From contig CAVGTD010000002.1 in assembly GCA_963632215.1 (NCBI GenBank), positions 23,755 through 87,754 of the forward strand: a stretch of 64,000 bases of DNA. Direction: 5' to 3'. This DNA comes from Clostridiales bacterium. GTDB lineage: Bacteria; Bacteroidota; Bacteroidia; Bacteroidales; Bacteroidaceae. This document shows, in pieces, positions 59,420-64,000 of this stretch (position 1 is its first letter; each line of letters starts with the position of its first letter). Under the pieces are notes generated by a model. The model was not told the origin of the DNA. It made no database searches and saw only the letters and a list, made by a program, of their open reading frames with translations. The translations under genes and the position numbers were made by a program.

Positions 59420-62032
59420 TTACCCGTGCAGGATGCCCTGAATTTCTTTCAGCTTGCACAGCGCGTCGAACGGCGTGAGGTGGTCAATGTCAATGTGGAG
59501 CAACGTGTCGCGTATCTGGCTCAGGACGGGGTCGTCGAGCTGGAAGAGGCTGAGCTGCACGCCCTCCTCCTGCTTGGTGATGCTCTCGGCGCGCGGTACG
59601 GCGTTGCCAGCTTTAGCCCCGGCCTTTTCCAGATCGGCAAGTATCTGCTCGGCACGCTTTACGATGCTTGGCGGCATGCCGGCGAGGCGCGCCACGTGTA
59701 TGCCGAACGAATGTTCGGAGCCGCCGCGCTGCAGCTTGCGCAGAAACACGACGTGCCCCTCTACCTCGCGCACCGACACGTTCCAGTTCTTGATGCGCGG
59801 GAACAGACGCTCCATCTCGTTCAGCTCGTGGTAGTGCGTGGCGAAGAGCGTGCGGGCATGCGCATTCGGGTTCTCGTGTATGTACTCTACAATGGCCCAG
59901 GCAATGGATATGCCGTCGTAAGTCGACGTGCCTCGCCCGAGTTCGTCGAACAGCACGAGCGAGCGTTCCGTTAGGTTGTTCATGATGTTCGACGCCTCGC
60001 TCATTTCCACCATGAACGTGCTTTCGCCCACCGATATGTTGTCGCTTGCTCCGACGCGGGTGAATATCTTGTCCACTAGGCCGATGCGCGCTGAGGCTGC
60101 CGGCACAAACGAACCCATCTGGGCCATGAGCGTGATGAGCGCGGTTTGGCGCAGCAACGCGCTCTTACCGGCCATGTTCGGACCGGTTACGATGATGATT
60201 TGCTGTTGCTTCGTGTCGAGTTCCACGTTGTTCGACACGTATTCCTCGCCCGGCGGCATCAGCGTTTCAATAACCGGGTGACGGCCTTCGCGGATGTCGA
60301 GTACGAGCGACTCGTCCACAACCGGGCGCACGTAGCAGTGTTGCCGCGCCACGAAGGCCAGGCTTTGAAGGCAGTCCAAGTGGCTCAGCGCATTCGCGTC
60401 GCTCTGCAAGGGCGCAATGTATTTGGCCACCTCGCGCACAAGTTCGTTGAAAATCTGCGTCTCTATGGCCAGAATGCGTTCCTCGGCGTTGAGTATTTTG
60501 TCTTCGTACTGTTTAAGTTCCTCGGTAATGTACCTTTCGGCTTGCGCGAGCGTTTGTTTTCGTATCCAGCCCTCGGGTACGTGGTCCTTGAACGTGTTGC
60601 GCACCTCGATGTAGTAGCCAAACACGTTGTTGAAGCCTATTTTAAGGCTCGGTATGCCTGTTGCGTCGCTCTCGCGCTGCTGTATCTTCAACAGGTAGTC
60701 TTTGCTCGACGTGGACAGGGCGCGCAGGTCGTCGAGTTCGTCGTTCACACCTTGCGCAATCACGCCCCCTTTGTTCACCTGCAGGGGCGGTTCGGGCAAG
60801 AGCGTGCGCTTGATGGTGTCGCGCAGGGGAGTGAGCGCGTCGAGCTGTTCGCTCACCTCCTTTATGGCGGCGCTTTCGGTGTGGGCGCAGGCGTATTTCA
60901 GCAGGGCCGTGCTTTCGAGAGCCGCCCTGAGTTGCTGCAGCTCGCGCGGGTTGACCCGGCCCACTGCCACGCGGCTCACGATGCGCTCCATGTCGCCAAT
61001 CTTCGGCAATTCCATTTCGCAAAGCTCACGGAAGTCGGGTACGCGGAAGAATTGCTCTACGCCGTCCTGCCGCTTCTCAATTTCCTTGACCGTTCGCAGG
61101 GGGAAAATCACCCATCGGTGGAGCATTCGCGCGCCCATCGGCGTGAGCGTATGGTCAAGCACTTGCAGCAACGACGTTCCGCCCTCGGCCATGGGCTGCA
61201 CCAGTTCGAGGTTGCGCGTGGTGAAGCGGTCGAGCCTCACGAAGTGATCCTCTTCGATGCGGCGCAGAGCCGTGATGTGCGACGTTTGCGTGTGCTGCGT
61301 CATTTCCAGATAGCACAGAATTGCCCCGGCAGCCACGATGCCGTCTTTCAGATGGTCTACGCCGAAGCCTTTGAGGTTGCGCACGCGGAAGTGCTTCGTG
61401 AGCCGCTCGTTGGCGGTTTGCGGCGTAAAGGCCCAGTCGTCGAGGTCGAAGATAAAGTTCTTTGAGCCGTAAAGTCCCTCGAAACGCCCACGCAGCCCGT
61501 GCTGCACGAGGATTTCCTTAGGCAGGAAACCCGCCAAGAGCTTGTCGATGTATTCTGTTGTACCCTCAGCCACAAGAAACTCGCCCGTAGATATGTCCAA
61601 GAACGAGATGCCCACTGCGCTCACGCCGAAGTGGACGGCCGCAAGGAAGTTGTTTTCGCGTGCCGTGAGCACATTGTCCGTCATGGCCACGCCCGGAGTG
61701 ACAAGCTCCGAGATGCCTCGTTTCACAAGCTTCTTTGTCAGCTTGGGGTCTTCGAGCTGGTCGCAGATGGCCACACGAAAACCCGCGCGGATGAGGCGCG
61801 GCAGGTACGTGTCGAGCGCATGGTAGGGAAATCCCGCCATCTCCGTGTTGTCGCCCCCCTTGTTGTTGCGGTGGGTCAGCGTGATGCCCAATACCTGCGC
61901 CGCCGTGGTGGCGTCGTCAGCGTATGTCTCGTAGAAGTCGCCGCAGCGGAAGAGCAGTATCGCGTCGGGGTTTTTCGCTTTGAGGTCGAAAAACTGCTTC
62001 ATCATCGGGGTCAGCGTGTCGTTGTTTGCCAT
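59420..62032 (-). CDS. mutS: DNA mismatch repair protein MutS
   Basis: [35 protein letters not shown] and FATHYHEL. Confidence 0.97.
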   Translation of the reverse strand: MANNDTLTPMMKQFFDLKAKNPDAILLFRCGDFYETYADDATTAAQVLGITLTHRNNKGGDNTEMAGFPYHALDTYLPRLIRAGFRVAICDQLEDPKLTKKLVKRGISELVTPGVAMTDNVLTARENNFLAAVHFGVSAVGISFLDISTGEFLVAEGTTEYIDKLLAGFLPKEILVQHGLRGRFEGLYGSKNFIFDLDDWAFTPQTANERLTKHFRVRNLKGFGVDHLKDGIVAAGAILCYLEMTQHTQTSHITALRRIEEDHFVRLDRFTTRNLELVQPMAEGGTSLLQVLDHTLTPMGARMLHRWVIFPLRTVKEIEKRQDGVEQFFRVPDFRELCEMELPKIGDMERIVSRVAVGRVNPRELQQLRAALESTALLKYACAHTESAAIKEVSEQLDALTPLRDTIKRTLLPEPPLQVNKGGVIAQGVNDELDDLRALSTSSKDYLLKIQQRESDATGIPSLKIGFNNVFGYYIEVRNTFKDHVPEGWIRKQTLAQAERYITEELKQYEDKILNAEERILAIETQIFNELVREVAKYIAPLQSDANALSHLDCLQSLAFVARQHCYVRPVVDESLVLDIREGRHPVIETLMPPGEEYVSNNVELDTKQQQIIIVTGPNMAGKSALLRQTALITLMAQMGSFVPAASARIGLVDKIFTRVGASDNISVGESTFMVEMSEASNIMNNLTERSLVLFDELGRGTSTYDGISIAWAIVEYIHENPNAHARTLFATHYHELNEMERLFPRIKNWNVSVREVEGHVVFLRKLQRGGSEHSFGIHVARLAGMPPSIVKRAEQILADLEKAGAKAGNAVPRAESITKQEEGVQLSLFQLDDPVLSQIRDTLLHIDIDHLTPFDALCKLKEIQGILHG

Positions 62033-62078
62033 GATTGTGGATTGTTTGGGGCGAGAGTGACGTAGAAACGGAGAAAAA

Positions 62079-62149
62079 GCACCAAGGGTTAAGTGAGCCG
62101 CTTGCCTCCCGTACGGAAAGGTGCGCAGGTATCACTTAACCCTTGGTGC
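62079..62149 (-). terminator. Long hairpin between tRNA-Arg and mutS
   Basis: Perfect 18-bp stem GCACCAAGGGTTAAGTGA/TCACTTAACCCTTGGTGC followed by TTTTT on the minus strand. Confidence 0.7.
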
Positions 62150-62181
62150 ATCGTATAGAATGGCGCACAAGCGGCGCATAG

Positions 62182-62253
62182 TACCCCCGATGAGAATCGA
62201 ACTCATATCACTGCTTTAGGAGAGCGGTGTTCTATCCATTGAACTACAAGGGC
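62182..62253 (-). tRNA. tRNA-Arg (CCT)
   Basis: Cloverleaf GCCCTTG-TA-GTTC-AATGGATA-GAAC-A-CCGCT-CTCCTAA-AGCAG-TGAT-ATGAG-TTCGATT-CTCAT-CGGGGGT-A. CCA is not encoded; a -7 box TACTTTTG lies near 62302-62309. Confidence 0.9.
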
Positions 62254-62481
62254 TTGTGTGCTTCTGTCTCTTTACTCCTCTCACCAATCTCTTTTAGTAA
62301 AGCAAAAGTAGCAAATTATTGCGGATAATGCCGTTTATGTATCCTATTTGCCGTCGTACACCGCTCGTTTTGCATAAAAACGCCGTATGTGTGCAATTCG
62401 TTACACTTAGTATTACTACATTTGCGACCGAAAAAGAAACTATTCCGCTGGTGAGAGTTTTCGACACAAAGAACACGAAAT

Positions 62482-63390
62482 ATGCAAAGCATCTTATCCT
62501 TTTCAGACATGACGGCGCATTTGCGCAGCCTTAACCGGCGTTTTCGGCTGAGCGTAGTTTGCGGTTCTGATGACAGTACGGTTTCGGCCGTTCTGCGTGC
62601 CGTAGACGAAGGCTTTGCCGAAGTTTTCTTTGTGGGCGACTGTCAGGCGATAAGCCAGCACCCATTGGTGAGCCGGCACGGTTCGGAATGGCTGCACTAC
62701 GTGGAAACCGCCACACACGAGGAGGCAGCCCGCACAGCCGTGCAGATGGTTCGCGACGGGCAAACCGACGTATTGATGAAAGGACTGGTACACACCAGCA
62801 CCCTACTGCGAGCCGTGCTGAACAAAGAGTGGGGCATACTCCCCCCGGGGCAAACGCTTACGCATATAGCTGTGGCGGATATGCCAGCGTACCGAAAACT
62901 CCTTTTCTTCACCGATGCGGCGGTTATCCCCTACCCTACTCCCGAACAACGGGTGCAGCAAGTGACCTACTTGGCACGAATGCTCCACGCATTTGGCATC
63001 AAAGAGCCGCGCATCGCCCTTGTGCACTGCACCGAGACAGCCGGTGAGAAGTTTCCCCACACCATGACCTACGCCGACCTTGTCAGCCGCGCCAAGGAGG
63101 GGGAATGGGGCGAACTCATTGTGGACGGTCCGCTCGACCTGCGTACCTCGTGCGATGCTGTGGCTCTGCGCGTCAAGGGCATACAGTCGCCGATTGAGGG
63201 AGAAGCCGACGCTCTCGTCCTGCCCGACATTGAGAGCGGCAACGTGCTTTACAAGGTGCTGCCGCTCTTTGCCCAGGCCCGCATAGCCGGCACGCTGCAA
63301 GGCACACTAGCCCCCGTGGTGTTGTCGTCGAGGGGTGACGATGCCGAGGCAAAGTTCCACAGTCTGGCCTTGGCTACAATGAGCTGCTGA
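62482..63390 (+). CDS. ptb: Phosphate butyryltransferase
   Basis: DVLMKGLVHTS, TDAAVIP, VDGPL, PDIESGNVLYK and VLSSRGD; adjacent to buk. Confidence 0.85.
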   Translation: MQSILSFSDMTAHLRSLNRRFRLSVVCGSDDSTVSAVLRAVDEGFAEVFFVGDCQAISQHPLVSRHGSEWLHYVETATHEEAARTAVQMVRDGQTDVLMKGLVHTSTLLRAVLNKEWGILPPGQTLTHIAVADMPAYRKLLFFTDAAVIPYPTPEQRVQQVTYLARMLHAFGIKEPRIALVHCTETAGEKFPHTMTYADLVSRAKEGEWGELIVDGPLDLRTSCDAVALRVKGIQSPIEGEADALVLPDIESGNVLYKVLPLFAQARIAGTLQGTLAPVVLSSRGDDAEAKFHSLALATMSC

Positions 63391-63441
63391 TGTGCGGGCT
63401 TGCACAGACAATCAACCAAATACACTACACTTGTCACACCG

Positions 63442-64000
63442 ATGAGTAAGAACACAAATACTGACACAGAACAAACCGCCCTACCCTGCCGCATCCTTGT
63501 GATAAATCCAGGGTCGACCTCCACAAAGGTGGGCGTGTTCGCCAACGACAAAGCACTCCGCGTGGAAGCCATACGTCACACCCACGAGGAACTCTCGCAC
63601 TGCGCTACCCTGCAAGAACAGCAGACGTATCGTCGCAGGCTCATCCTTGACTGGCTCGAAGCGAACGGCATCCCTTTTGAGTTTGACGCCATCATTGGGC
63701 GCGGCGGACTGATAAAGCCTATCCCAAGCGGCGTGTACCGGGTGAACCGCAAGATGTGCGAGGACACTGACCGCGCATTCCGCAAACACGCCTGCAACCT
63801 GGGTTGCCTCATAGCCTACGAACTGGCTCAGTTACAGACCAAGCCCTGCGAGGCGTTTATAGCCGACCCCGTAACAGTGGACGAACTCTTGCCCGAGGCT
63901 CGCCTGACGGGGTCGCCCGTGATGCAGCACCATGCCATTTGGCATGCGCTCAACCAGCGAGCCATCGCGCGCCGCTTCGCCTCGGAGCAAGGCGTTAGTT
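63442..64000 (+). CDS. buk: Butyrate kinase (partial, runs off the window)
   Basis: Hand translation from ATG 63442: ...RILVINPGSTSTKVG...IGRGGL...HACNLG...ADPVTVDE...HALNQ. Confidence 0.92.
   Translation, partial: MSKNTNTDTEQTALPCRILVINPGSTSTKVGVFANDKALRVEAIRHTHEELSHCATLQEQQTYRRRLILDWLEANGIPFEFDAIIGRGGLIKPIPSGVYRVNRKMCEDTDRAFRKHACNLGCLIAYELAQLQTKPCEAFIADPVTVDELLPEARLTGSPVMQHHAIWHALNQRAIARRFASEQGVS

Noticed and set aside
62150..62260. tRNA-Arg as an integration site for an island
   Set aside because: I saw no integrase and no duplicated tRNA 3' end, and both flanks are core genes.

Overview
This GC-rich window looks like core chromosome from a Bacteroidales organism, probably Prevotellaceae. 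The evidence is Bacteroidetes TAnnTTTG -7 promoter boxes, T9SS-type C-terminal domains and TonB receptors. Most of it is housekeeping: a cobalamin-riboswitch btuB locus, rlpA, uvrA, a POT transporter, topA-aroK-speA-rpoN-purE-ispG, argS, nadA, aminopeptidase P, rbfA, rnhA, a GT4, comM/yifB, a YfhO-like protein, cysS, DUF2723, pckA, a frameshifted GH3, two T9SS-type cargo proteins, nhaD, vsr, mutS, tRNA-Arg(CCT) and ptb-buk. I found no transposase, integrase, phage gene or CRISPR array. The most unusual signals are non-coding. (1) Four ~100-125 bp intergenic elements share one design: four core motifs at an exact 22- or 23-bp period, with clear terminal inverted repeats in three of them, in two unrelated sequence families. 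(2) A ~245-nt leader upstream of rlpA can fold into five hairpin arms closed by a basal helix. (3) A 258-bp segment bounded by perfect 20-bp inverted repeats lies directly upstream of nhaD and may be a MITE or an invertible promoter. (4) A 19-bp palindrome holds two back-to-back -7 boxes between argS and nadA. All product calls come from motif recognition by eye, not from database searches.
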